A stretch of 64,000 nt of DNA, taken from positions 59,582,001 through 59,646,000 of the forward strand of contig CM060733.1 in assembly GCA_030704615.1 (NCBI GenBank), written 5' to 3'. This DNA is from Takakia lepidozioides. Taxonomy: Eukaryota > Plantae > Bryophyta. The number at the start of each line of letters is the position of its first letter. The first letter of the stretch is position 1. The position numbers and the translations under genes were made by a program. The notes beneath the pieces are model-generated. The model was not told where the DNA came from, ran no database searches, and worked only from the letters and a program-made list of their open reading frames with translations. Shown in pieces: positions 46,697 through 59,277 of this stretch.

Positions 46697-49086
46697 TGTC
46701 GTGGCCCTTTGCCTTGAGGGCAGGGGGTCGGGACACATGAGGGGCTGCCCCTGTGGTGGGGGCAGCGGCAGCGATAGGTATGGGGGGCTGAAGCACCCTT
46801 GAGTGCCCAAGGCACTCAAGGAGGCGGAGGCGCTCACTAGGTGGAGCCCCGCACACCGGGTTGCGGTGGGGGTGGCTCCACAAGGGGTGGTGGTAGCTTA
46901 GCGGGACTTAGTGGGGGTGACATAGGACTCACCATGGGGGCGGAGACCTCGTGGTGGGAGTCGTGGGGGAGTCTTGGGACTCAGCACGGTCCATAGGGAC
47001 CGTGGTGAGTGGGGCCAAGACTCACCGCGACTCCTCACCGGGAGTCGAGGGTTTTCGTGGTGGTTCGCCATAAAATGGCATGGCTGGTTGTGAAACCCCC
47101 GCGGACAGCTACAGAGGTATATATAGGGAGTAGTAACCCCGAGAACGGTGCAAGCCCGTTGGTGACCAAAAACTAGTGGATAAGCGAGAGCGAGCCGGAA
47201 AGCGACCAAAGAGTGGGGAGCTGTTCCGGACTGCCAACTACCAAAGGGAATTCCCGCTGGTTCCAAATCGGTGGAGGGTTCTTGGGAGAACAAAAGGGGA
47301 CCGTTATGCCCCGGTGAGCAGCCGAAGCTCCAAGTTGGCCCAGCGGCCAGGTTGGGAGTCAGGCGCGCGCATCAAAGCGAGTAACCTGGCTCCTGGAGCT
47401 AGAGCAGTACTTCCGGGCGGCCAAGTTGAGTGACGAGGATCGGGTGGAAGTGGCTCCCACCTATTTGAGAGGCTATGCTCAACAATGGTGGCAGAAACGC
47501 CTTCACGACCGAGGTCCAAGCCCGGAAACCTTGAACTGGAGTGGGTTCAAGGAATTGATGAAGAGACAGTTTGTGCCCCTCAACGCGTCCTGGCTTGCCC
47601 GGGACAAGATGAGGAATTTGAAGCAAAAGATGACATTCGGGGGTATGTCCAGGCTTTCAATGTACTGTTGCTCGAAGTCGCGGACATGGCAGAGAACAAA
47701 AATGGTCTTCAACTTTGTGGCGGGACTGGCCCCATGGGCAAGGCGGAAGTTGGAGGAGAAGCCACCCAAGACTTTGAACGAGGCAATTGAGAGGGCTGAA
47801 TGTTTCTCGGATGTCCCTAGGGATGAGAGACAAGGCCGTACGAAGCTGAACCACAAGAAGACCCGGCGGAAAGGTGACTCCTTCCGACCGGAAAAGAAGT
47901 GGGATAGGCCACGCGGCGACAATGGCACGTGAAAATCGAAGGGAGTCACTTATTGCGTCCGCCACCTATGCTGTTGGATCTTGAAAATGAACCTGAGTAC
48001 GAGGTGGAGGCAATACTTAAGTCGAGGAGGTTCAAGAACCGAGAAACGGAGTATCTCGTCAAATGGAAGGGCTATCATCATGTGGAGGCATCTTGGGTGC
48101 GTGCCTCAGAAATGGGAAACGCATCCGAGGCGGTTGCAGCTTTCGAAGGGTGACCTCAAAAGCGGAAGAAGCGTTGATGGGGACATCAACCTTGGAGCGT
48201 GGGGAGGAAATGCATGCTGAGCTCGGCTTAGCTAGCTTAGGAATCCGATTGCAAAAACTTGTATTGTACAAAACGTGCTATAAATGAAATGGATTCCAAA
48301 TGTTGTGCGTCCTATTTTGTTTGGAATGGTGATGCATGGTATAGTTGGCTAGTGTGTAGAATGCATGCTAGCTTATAAAAGTGGGAGAGGTAAATTGGGT
48401 TAATCGTGTGTTTGCGTAGTGCCGAAATCGGGTGACCCCCATCCGAGGGGCAAGGAAACTTGCGCCTTCTTTGGGAGTTCACGTGCTAGTGCGCACCTGG
48501 CGCGTGCGCGTATTATAACTGCGCTACCGAGGGGGTTGCCTTGTAGTGCGGGCTAACGCGGAAGCCACGTGCTTCCGTTCACGTACTATAATTGTGTAGC
48601 CTCGGGACGAAGTCCTAGTGCGATTTCGGGTGTTCCCGTACCGTAGGCCAGCATTCCAAGGCGGACCCAATTGTAGTGATTGGGGCGCACGGTTGGTTCA
48701 AGGTTATCCTCCTAGTCAAAGAGGGTTCCAGGTGAACCCTTGCTCAAGGTGATGCCAAAAGCGGCATCATAAGCGGTCGCAAGCAATGTTGTTGCAGTAA
48801 GGCGATTCGATCCTCGGGGAGGATCGTTCCTTGGCCTTGAAGTAGGCCAAGAAGAGTGCACTGGGAGGAGCTGGAGAGGCTCCACCCTTGGCCGGGACTT
48901 GGAGGAAGTCGGCCGAACTAGCTAGTGGAGAGTAGAGTCAAGTGTGGGGTTTGGTTCTTTGTCATGGGACGCCATGGTGCGGAAACAAACTCCTTGATGT
49001 GGGACGCCACAACTTGGATGTTCGTTTCTACAAAATGGACAAGTCGATGAGGACATCCACTCCCTGTTGGTAGGGGTGTGTGTCGC
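46697..49086 (+). mobile_element. rearranged gypsy insertion: truncated LTR + gag of the 58552 family joined to a chromodomain, PPT and an unrelated LTR-like segment
   Basis: 46697-47385 is the reverse complement of most of LTR 62062-62780; 47386-47930 matches gag ~61095-61645; chromodomain follows; purine tract GGGGAGGAAA at ~48201-48210; 48211-49086 has no match elsewhere in the window. About 220 bp of host integrase (7176-7394 equivalent) is missing, so no TSD. Confidence 0.8.
47975..48153 (+). pseudogene. chromoviral integrase C-terminal chromodomain
   Basis: EYEVEAILKSRRFKNRETEYLVKWKGYHHVEASWVRASEM. Confidence 0.9.
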
Positions 49087-51580
49087 GTACCACACGTCCG
49101 GATCGTCAAGGTTAAGGACTTGAGCAGTGTCCCTACGAATGGCTGCAGGCAAATCCGGCTCTCGGCCAAAGAGAAGGAAATATGGTGAGAAGGAGGCAAG
49201 TGATGCTTGTTTGTTGAACCTGTAGCCCATGGCTAACCAAAGAACCTAAAGATCCCAATCTCCTAGGTGTCCCTTCTGCAAGCCATACTTGCGCAAACCC
49301 CTCTTCACCGTCTAAACAACTCTCTCTGCTAAGCCATCGGCCTCAGGATGATCCCGAGAAGTGGTGCGGTGGTCTATCAAAGCTTTATCACACAAAGCCT
49401 GAAACTCCCCCAAGAACTCTCTCCCTTGGTCCATGAGTACCTCAGCTAGAGCACCAAATCGGCTAAGCACACGATCCAAGAATGCATACGCAGCCCCTCA
49501 CTAGCCTTGTCAGGCAATGGAACCAACTCAATCCACTTGGAGAAGTGCTCCACCATCACCAACACATATCTGTGGTGGCGCATAGTCAGTGGCAACGGTC
49601 CTGCAAGTCAAGACTCCACCTGTAGCCCAATCCCATGATTGGTAAAGGATGCAACTGTGGTGTAGGGGTGTTGAATGAAGCACGCACCCTGTCACACACC
49701 ATGCACCTAGCCACGAACTGTTGCACCTCTGTATGCATACCACGCCACCAATACTGCCATTGCAGTAAACTGTGAGTGCGTCGCACTCCAAAATGCCCCA
49801 ACTCCTCATATGCATGCCGCACTAACCGTGCACGCTGTGTGGGGTGAGGCACAATCCTCACCCGACCATCCTCCCACACTCGAAGTAGGTGTATCCCCTC
49901 CCACTTGAACCTCTTGGCTCGTTGCAGGATCCGATTCCTCTCCCTGGCAATCACAGTGGCTGCCGTGTCTCCCGTGCGGGTAGTCCAACACAGCCGAATC
50001 CTCATGTATATCTCTGGCACCACCTGGCTCATCACTAGCCTCAGGGTCCTCAGACACTCCATCTACAATCATCCCTGTTGTAGGTCCAACCTGACCTCCC
50101 GATGCCAAGATACACAAAAATGCAGATGCGTGCCATCCCGACACCATCTCCTCGTCCGTCTCACCATGCTACCGAGCTCCAGTGTCATCCTGCTGGCTCA
50201 TGCATGGATTGCGACTCAATCCATCCGCATCCCGATTGACCAAACCCGGTCGATGCACAACCTGAAAGTCATATTCCTGGAGTATGAGTGCCCACCGTGC
50301 AAGCTTCCCCGTAAGCTTGTCTGACTCCATCAACCACTTGAGTGGCTGGTGATCCGTGACAAGGGTGTGAAAATATTGCCGTATAGATAGCACCTGAAGT
50401 GTGCCACGGCCCACACTGCAGCTAAGCACTCTCCCTCATATGAGCTGTACTTAGCCTCTGCAGCGTTGTTCAAGCGGCTAGCATAAGCCACTACGAACTC
50501 TCTTCCCTCATCATCCACCTATGTGAGCACCGCTCCAAGCCCCAGCAAGCTCCAATCCTTATGCAGCTGAAAGGGACGCCCGCTGATAGGTCGTCTCAAG
50601 ATAGGCGCCGAGGTCAACCTCGCCTTGAGCTCTTGAAAAGCTCGTTCCTGCTCATCTTCCCACTGCCACTTCTAGTCTACCTTGGTCAGCTTGGTTAGAG
50701 CCTTTGCAATGGTATTAAATCCCTTGACAAACCGTCTATAATAGTTTGCCAACCCCATGAAAGCTCGAACTCGGCTCACATCCGTGGGGCGTGGAATTTG
50801 TGCAATGGCCTCTACCTTAGTCTGCTGTACCCCCAATCCTCCAGGATATATCATGTGACCCAGATACTCAATCTGGTTGTGGAAAAAACTTGCACTTCCC
50901 CGGATGCAACTTCAATCCATGCGCTCTCAAGCGCTGCAATACCACCTGAAGGTGTCTCTCATGCTCCTCCATCGTAACACTAAAGATGATGATGTCATCT
51001 ATGTAGCACCGAGCAAAGTCCACCCCTGCTAGAATCCTATCCATGACTCTCTGAAACTCTGCAGGAGCGTTCTTAAGCCGAAATGGTAAGAACCACCACT
51101 GATATAGGCAATCCTTGCCGTGCTCATTGATCCCCCAGAATGTCGTCTTCTGCTTGTCCGCCTCCTTGATTGGCAAACTGGTGATATCCGGATCGTAAAT
51201 CCAAAGTGCTAAAGACCTTAGCATGCCCGATGGCATCAAAGATCTCATCTGGTGTTTGGCATGGCATACTTATCGGACTTGGTCTGACGATTTACAGGCC
51301 GGTAATCACCGCACATACGTCTCTCCGTCCAATTGCCATAAACATCCTTCTTGGCTAGCATCACTGTGGCTGAAGCATATTCTCCACCAGAGAGCTCCAC
51401 CAAACCTGCCTCCCAGAGATCTTGAGTCCTCATCTGAATCAAAGACCTCTCCATGTCACTGTATCTATAGGGTCTCCGAAAGATTGGCGTGTCAGTGGCC
51501 AACTCAATACGGATCTCTTGACCCTTCAGTGCTTCCAAGTCCTTCAAACTGAAGGCAAAGCAATTCCTGTAAGCCCTCAA
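49087..51580 (-). pseudogene. RT, RNase H and integrase core of copy 2
   Basis: Collinear with 7395-9870; YIDD, TDHQPLKWL and HAYEELGH..CMVC motifs. Confidence 0.93.
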
Positions 51581-51999
51581 GAACCGCCGTATACGTCGTC
51601 TCTCTCCTCCGGTGACAATGGGTCCAATGTCAGGCTCCCAATTGTCCTCCGTAACTGCAACCTTAAGTCCAGTGGGCTTAGAGGTAGAGGACGCGTCCAG
51701 TGGTTGCTATGTTGCAACCTCTTGAGCAGTACTCCCTACCTGCTCAGTCAGTGATAAGGCCTCATCCTGCCCCATCATCTCATCCTCAAGGACTTCCTCT
51801 ACCTGAGAAAAATCCCCAACCTCATCTTTCATCGCCACCTTGGCTGCCAACTCTCTCTGAACCTCGAGCACCTCCCACGTGTGCCATGGATGTCTGCACC
51901 CCATGGTCCTCACATGCTCGCCCCTACTCACTGCCTGTACCATCTCGGTAGGCAGAGAGACCATCGAGGGAAATGTACTCCGTACTCTGCATTGCTCAG

Positions 52000-52965
52000 C
52001 CATAGCCAAGCTGATAATCCAGGTCAAGCAATTGAGATCCATTGCTTGCCCCAACACTCGACGACGTGTGCCTCAGAAAGAGAGACGACATCGCCGTGGT
52101 ACCAGTGGTAAAACCCATTGCCCGCTCACGCTCGTCAGCATTAGGCTCTACTAACTGCTACAACTGAGCATCCCACAGGAGGCCAGGTCCACTATCCCGG
52201 AAAGCATGCAATCTTGGGCAGCTGAGCAGTGTAGGTAATGTTGCTCGTGGTTGACCCACCTTGTTGACCACTGCCAAAGGCGAATGGTCATCGTGTCTCA
52301 CACGCTGAGAATGCCTCCATGTGTCCAGAATGTTATCCACTGTGAGATGTGCTGGCCGCTGCACCCAATCAAATGCACGCTTGAGCATGCGGGTGGCCAT
52401 CAAGTTAGTCACCATAGCCATGGACGATGAGCCCGTGACCCCATTGTAGCTGCATCTAGCAAGACTACTGACCCAAGCCACGACCGGACTTGATGCACAC
52501 TGGCCATCACCTGGCCCGAGAATCGCCCATCAGTGGCACATTCTCCAAGATAAGATATGTATGCGGAGAGAGAAGCTTGATGAAGCTGCAAGTGGCGCAA
52601 AACCCGCACCATCTCCCAAAACAGATCCCGACCTCGAGTCTCGCAATCCATTGCCATGCCCGGCTGATGAATGCCCTTGGCAGGGCCAACCTGCCACTAC
52701 CAGATCAATGGAGCCAACCCGCTCCAAATCCTGCGCCCCCAACAACGAAATGTCTGCTGGCAAGGCCTGCTGATATCCACGAATTGCAGACACCGACAAC
52801 AACTCAGGGTACGCTGCACCAACTGAGCAACATGGCGAAGTGAAACGCGTCGTGCAGTCTCATCCCTCTCCACATACAGGTAACGCCGAACTCGTACACC
52901 TGCCTGTAACACAGCAGCCAATCCGGTGCTGATCCCGCCAAACAAGTCCAGAAGACAAATGCCTT
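52000..52965 (-). pseudogene. C5 cytosine methyltransferase domain of copy 2
   Basis: CLLDLFGGISTGLAAVLQAG, DLVVAGWPCQGHS, YLILENV, LGQAMD. Confidence 0.92.
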
Positions 52966-53379
52966 CATCCGGATACTGCCACACAATAGGTGTGGTGTCC
53001 AATGGAGACAACTGAGGTGGTCCTGTGCAATCCCCACTCTCCTCCTCTCCTGACGGTACAAAAGCCTCCACCCAGGCTTGTTGCACCCGTCGATCAGCAT
53101 CCCGCTGCAAATCCTTGCTCGTGCCCCACAATGGAGTCTGAGCAACCATGGTAGGCAACTCCGCCATACATACATGTCATCCTGCTCTCCCCGGAGGTGG
53201 TACATCCTCTGAATGAGCGTTGCCCTCAAGCAACTCTCTAGGCCAACTCACTGCCGCTGTGAATGCTGCTAGTGTCGGCATCTTGCCTCGCTGGGCAACC
53301 GCAACTCCTCCTATGAACGTCACAGGGAGCTGCACACGCCGGCCCTCCCCTGACTGCCATGCAGGCCTATAGGAAGCTG

Positions 53380-55866
53380 ACTCCTCCAAAAATCCAGGGT
53401 GAAGCCCATGGGGTACAACACTGCCCCACCAACCAGGACATCGTATGAGACCGCGTCTGTCACAATGGCCTTGGCTCGCATCACTGAGCCATCTGTAGGG
53501 TGATCCGGCCGTAGTCTGATAGCCAACTCACGCCGTGTCATGCCCCGAGCCTGCTCCGATCCTCCCAGAGACGTCTGTATCTGGAAAGACAAGGCTCCAT
53601 ATCCGCCTCCGTGAGGCCCAAGCCTGCAATAGCAGCTCTGCCCAGCATCAATGGCTGAGCTCCCGAGTCCAACAAGACCCGCAGTGGCCGGTACCTCTTG
53701 CCTGCCGGTCCACTCAAACAGAAAATGCCATCCTGGTTGTCTAACATGACAACTCCAGGTGTCACCATGGCGCGCTCAATGGCTGGCCTAGCTGGCAGCT
53801 CCATCAACCTGGCAGCTGCAGCTTGCCATGGCGCCGCCGTGGCAGTCTTGACCCTCAAATCCGAGGATCCCTCCGGCACTACACCTCCCACTATCTCCGC
53901 TCCTCCCACTCTCACAGAGTGTAGCTGCCAGCCTGAACACCTCAGCTGGTCTTACCCCCGGCGTCGCAATCATGGTAGCCGAGAACAATGGAGCCTGGCA
54001 CACAGATGTGGCCGCTCCTAGCAGCACACTAGCTGCCGTAGCCTTGGCAACACTAGGTAGTGGTGCTACCCGTGTAGCTCTCCCCAATGGCATAGTAACC
54101 TCCGCCTCGGTAACAGTCGGGCGAGAACTAGGTGCCATGGATGGCGTCGACACTGTCTCCGCCAATGTGAATGACTGAGGAAGCCTAGCCTGACGGCTTG
54201 CCTCCCCACGCTGTGGATCCAACTCACCTCTGCACCTCGTGGCTCAGGAACTCGTGCTGCTCCTCGAGTCACGGCTGCAGCAGACTCCACCTGCACTAGT
54301 GGTAGTGCTGCTCCACACATGAATCCCATGCCTCCCATATCTCCTCCCTCAGGAGCAGGAGGTGGACCATCCGGCCTTAGAGCCGGTACCACCTGAGCTG
54401 TAGCCATGGCAGCGAGCCTCTGCTCTAGCTGCTGAAGCCGGTTGGCCATGCCTTGGTCAACACCCTGACCTCCGCGTCCTTGGCCATGTTGAGCTTGCCC
54501 TTGGCCTGCACCTCGTGGCTGGCCACCTCGTCCTCTCTGGGCTGCTCCACCTCGCCCCCGGCCACCATTGTTCCCTTGGAACTGGCCTGGGCGCAACTCA
54601 GGATGCAAACCATAACACTGGGCCTCTCCATGCCCGTGCTTGCCACAATGCCCACACTGCAACTGTGCAGGCTGTGCATGTGCCGGCCCTTTGCCTCCCT
54701 CTGGGCAATCCTTCTTGACATGGGGTCCCCACATGTCCAGCACACCACATCCGCCCGTTGTTGGCCAGCAAATGAAGGGAGAGACCCCTGCATCTGAGGT
54801 CCTCTCTGCCCTTCCCTGAGCTTCACCTGAGCCCCCTTGTTGCCTTGAGCACGTTGAGGTAGTGGTTGGCTAGGAGCACCACTACCCCGTGGTGTCTCCT
54901 TAGCAAATCCCACCATGACCACTCGTTCCTCCACCATGTTGAGCTCTATCCGCTCTGCCAGCAAAAACACATTTGCTAAGGTGGGTTGGGCCGCTTGTAG
55001 GAGAGTTGCATCCCGCACCCTTCTCCTCAGCTCCTTGTCCAATATCCCATACCAGAATTGGACTGCCTGAGCTTCCGTAACCCCTTGGGTTACATTTATC
55101 AAGCGCCTCATGCGAGTGAAAGCCTCCCTCAAGCTCTCGTCGGCTTCCGTTGGAACTCTTGCAAGCTCCGCAACTTCTCTGTCCTCACCCCTTGGTAGTT
55201 CCCTCTCAACTCTTCGAAGAACTCCACAACAGGGTTGAAGGCAGGCACGGGTGCTAGTGCTGGTGCGGTAGTGGCTTGGGTGGACGTCGTAGCTACTGTA
55301 CCACCAGTCCCACTAGTCCACTGCTGCTTGCTGAAGCTGCCGGTGCAGCGGCAGGTGTAGCCACTGCCCTCGTGGCTCTAGTGCCCCTAGTGATGGAGAC
55401 ATAGTCGGGTGACCAGTACATCCTCCACTCCTCGATCTCAACCTCATGCCCCCGCCTGAACTCATGGTAATCATCCATAGGCGGCCCCTCAAGGTGCTGA
55501 AACAGCCCTTCCATGCCATGAAAGGCGTAAATAGTTGTGGATTGCGCATTTGCTGCAAATCACACCAACTATCAAACTCTTGGATAAAATCATCCAACTC
55601 GATGGTGCCCCACCCCAGAGTACCTTCGTGGCCCTTGGTAGCTCCATACATCTCCTCCATTGTGTCCCACAACAATGGCAAAGAAACAACTTGCACCGCC
55701 GGTATGAGTCCTCCTGATTCACAATCCGAATCAGAACCTTCCGTAGAAGACACAGGAGGTGAAGGTGGCCTAAACCGCACACCTCGTCTCGTGTACCCAC
55801 TAGTATCGCTAGTGCTCGAACCGGCACTGTCCCAGCAACTAGTGGCACCTCCGTGTTGACACTCAA
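53380..55866 (-). pseudogene. gag and protease of copy 2
   Basis: RVLLDSGAQPLMLG; zinc knuckles; ORFs 54066-54743, 54425-55132 and 55313-55780. Confidence 0.88.
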
Positions 55867-56574
55867 CCGGTCATGAACATGTCCCTAACCCCCTCCACAA
55901 GGTAACCGGGTAGAAACCTGTTGCGGCTTATGGTTTGGAAATACTAAGTTCCTAACATAGCCTACACCTGTACCTGCATCCACCGCAAGCACTCCTATGG
56001 TTGGCTGGTCATCACCTCCAACCCCCACAGGAGAAACATAATGATGGTCTGGCTGGTCATCACCCCAGCCTCACCATCGACAGCATGCTCTAGGACTGGC
56101 CGGTGATCAAATCCGGACCAATCACCTATAAAAACAAGCGCCCACACAAAACTAGCATGGCGCACAGTCAAGCATGCAGGTATGGAGGGGATCCAAACAC
56201 AAGAAATCAGAACGACAACTCCCCCACACCAAAAACAACTCCACGGTGTTGCTCTGCAAGGACACCCCAGCCCAAACCCGGACTGACTCTTGCCTCCACC
56301 TACGGAAAGGTCTTGGCCTAATGAGAGGGTGGAAAACTACGAGGAAGAGAAGCTAAAGCAATGCCTAACCCCAGCATGCCCTCATCCCAACACTCTTCCT
56401 CTCCTCTCTTCCTCACTTGCATGACCATGGGAATATCATGAAGATACTCCTCAAACCGCCCTCCACGAGCTTCAAAATTCGGCCTTCAAGACCACATGCC
56501 AGTCCTTAGGCAGTCCACCAGTGCCTCCACGAGTCAGCACAGGCCGTCCACAGGTCAACACGGGCCACCACAGA

Positions 56575-57685
56575 CCAGCACAGGCCACACAGCTCACTGG
56601 TCACAGCCGTCACAGCCCCACACAGGCCACAGCCTCACAACCCTACACAAGTCACAGGTCACAGCCCCACATCACAGCCCCAAAGGCCACATGTCACAGC
56701 CCGTCACAACCCAAAGGCCACAGGCACAGCCTGTCACAGCCTACGTCACGTCACAGCCCCAAAGGCCACAAGCCCATCACAGCCCCACACACAGCCTCAC
56801 AGCCCGTCACAGCCCACAGGCCACAGGCACAGCCTGTCAAGCCCCTCAACAGTCACAGCCCCACAGGCCACAGGCACAGCCTGTCACCCTCACAGCCCGT
56901 CACAGCTCGCCACAGGTCACAGACAGGCCACAGGGCCCTGTCACAGCCCTCACAGCCATCACAGCCCAGGCCACTGGGCACACAGCCCCTCACAGCCCGT
57001 CACAGCCCACAGGCCACAGGGCACAGGCTGTCACAGCCCCTCACAGCCCTCACAGCCCCACAGGCCACTGGGCACAGCCTGTCACAGCCCCTCACAGCCC
57101 CTCACAGCCCCACAGGCCACTGGGCACAGCCTGACACAAGCCGTCACAGCCCGTCACAGCCCCAAGGCCACAGCACCATAGCCCCTCACAGCCCGTCACA
57201 GCCCACACATAGGCCACATGGCACAGCTTGTCATAGCCCTCACAACCCGTCACAGCTCGCCACAGCCCCACAGGCCACATGGCGCCGCCTGTCACAGCCC
57301 CTCACAGCCGTCATAGCTCGCCACAACCTGTACAGCCCGTCACAGCCCCACAGGCCATAGGGCACAGCCTGTCACAGCCCCTCACAGGCCCACAGGCTGG
57401 GCACAGCCTGTCAAGCCCTCACAACCCGTCACAGCCCCCATGCCAGGCACAGCCTGTCAAGCCCTCACAGCCCGTCACAGCCCCACAGGCCACTGGGCAC
57501 AGCCGCCACAGCCCCCAAGCCCACAGCCTGTCACAGCCCTCACAGTCGTCACAGCCCCACAGGCTACTGGGCACAGCCTGTCACAGCCCGTCACAGCCCC
57601 ACAGGCCATTGGGCACAGCCTGACACAGCCCGCCACAGCCCCACAAGCCACATGGCACAGCCTGTCACAGCCCCACAGGCCACTC
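56575..57685. repeat. CACAGCC minisatellite in leader of copy 2, ~1.1 kb
   Basis: Same unit family as 28555-29125. Confidence 0.92.
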
Positions 57686-59277
57686 ATGACAGTTTAGCCA
57701 TTTCTCCAAGGGGTTTAGCCACGCCAAACTAGGGTTTGTGTCTCTTGGACTCTAGGCTTCTTTGCACCGAGCTATGGCGGCTGTGAAGAAATCAGCAAGG
57801 TATTCTTGCTCTTTCGGCTCCCACACACCACCAATAGTAGCCCTAAGCCATGAGGAAGATGGTTGCCACAAACCAAACTTCTTTCTCACTTAGACTCCCC
57901 AAACACGCCACTAAACTCAATGGCAACCAACCAAGCCTTGCTGGTTTCCAGCCCTTGTGAGCACTCATTCAAGCGTTTCCCTTGGCCATAGCATCTGTCT
58001 TAGAGCCTATTCCAGCCCCCTAAACCTGCCACTTCAAAGAGCCATGCTCTATCTAGGCTTGAGGTTGAAACCCCAACTCAGAACACGCTCTACAAGTGTC
58101 GGACTGTCACATAAGAGCATATCAGCCCCTTACCTTCTCTTCTAGTTCTCGAAAGCTTGAAACCTTCAACAAGCTGAAAGCATGCTCCATACATGCATTG
58201 CTCTCACATAAGGGAAGTCAGCCCTTCCCTTTCCCTTGCTTGCCCTCCAAGCTTGAAGATGGAAGCTTCAATGAGCTGAATACATGCTCCACACATGCAA
58301 CCTCTTCACACAAGAGGTATCAGCCCCCTATCTTGGCTCCTTAGCTCCTTGATGCTCTCTAAGACAAGACTAAGCACTCTACAACCTTTGCCAAGCTCCT
58401 GAAACCCTAAGGCTTATATTTCCAGCCACAAGACACTTCTCTTGTGGTGCAAGAGCTATTCTTCCAAGCTCTGAAACCCTAGGTGCACATTCCATGGCCT
58501 TGCCGCACCTCTTAGCTCCTGTTCCAGCCCTGCTCTTGCCATGACAAGAGCTGTCGCGCACCTCACTTCGGTAAGCTCCCCCCTCAAGTCATAGTTACTC
58601 GCTTTGATGCGCGCGCCTGACTCCCAACCTGGCCGCCGGGCCAACTTGGAGCTTCGGCTGCTCACCGGGGCATAACGGTCCCCCTTGTTCTCCCAAAGAA
58701 CCCTCCACCGATTTGGAACCAGCGGGAATTCCCTTTGGTAGTGGCAGTCCGGAACAGCTCCCCACTCTTTGGTCGCTTTCCGGCTCGCTCGCTTACTCAC
58801 TAGTTTTTGGTCACCAACGGGCTTGCACCGTTCTCGGGGTTACTACTCCCTATATATACTTCTGTAGCTGTCCGCGGGGGTTTCACAACTAGCCATGCCA
58901 TTTTATGGCGAACCACCACGAAAACCCTCGACTCCCGGTGATGAGTCGCGGTGAGTCTTGGCCCACTCACCACGGTCCCTATGGACCGTGATGAGTCCCA
59001 AGACTCCCCACGACTCCCACCACGAGGTCTCCGCCCCCATGGTGAGTCCTATGCCACCCCCACTAAGTCCCGCTAAGCTACCACCACCCCTTGTGGAGCC
59101 ACCCCCACCGCAACCCGGTGTGCGGGGCTCCACCTAATGAGCGCCTCCGCCTCCTTGCGTGCCTTGGGCACTCAAGGGTGCTTCAGCCCCCCATACCTAT
59201 CGCTGCCGCTGCCCCCACCACAGGGGCAACCCCTCATGTGTCCCGACCCCCCCCTGCCCTCAAGGCAAAGGGCCGAC

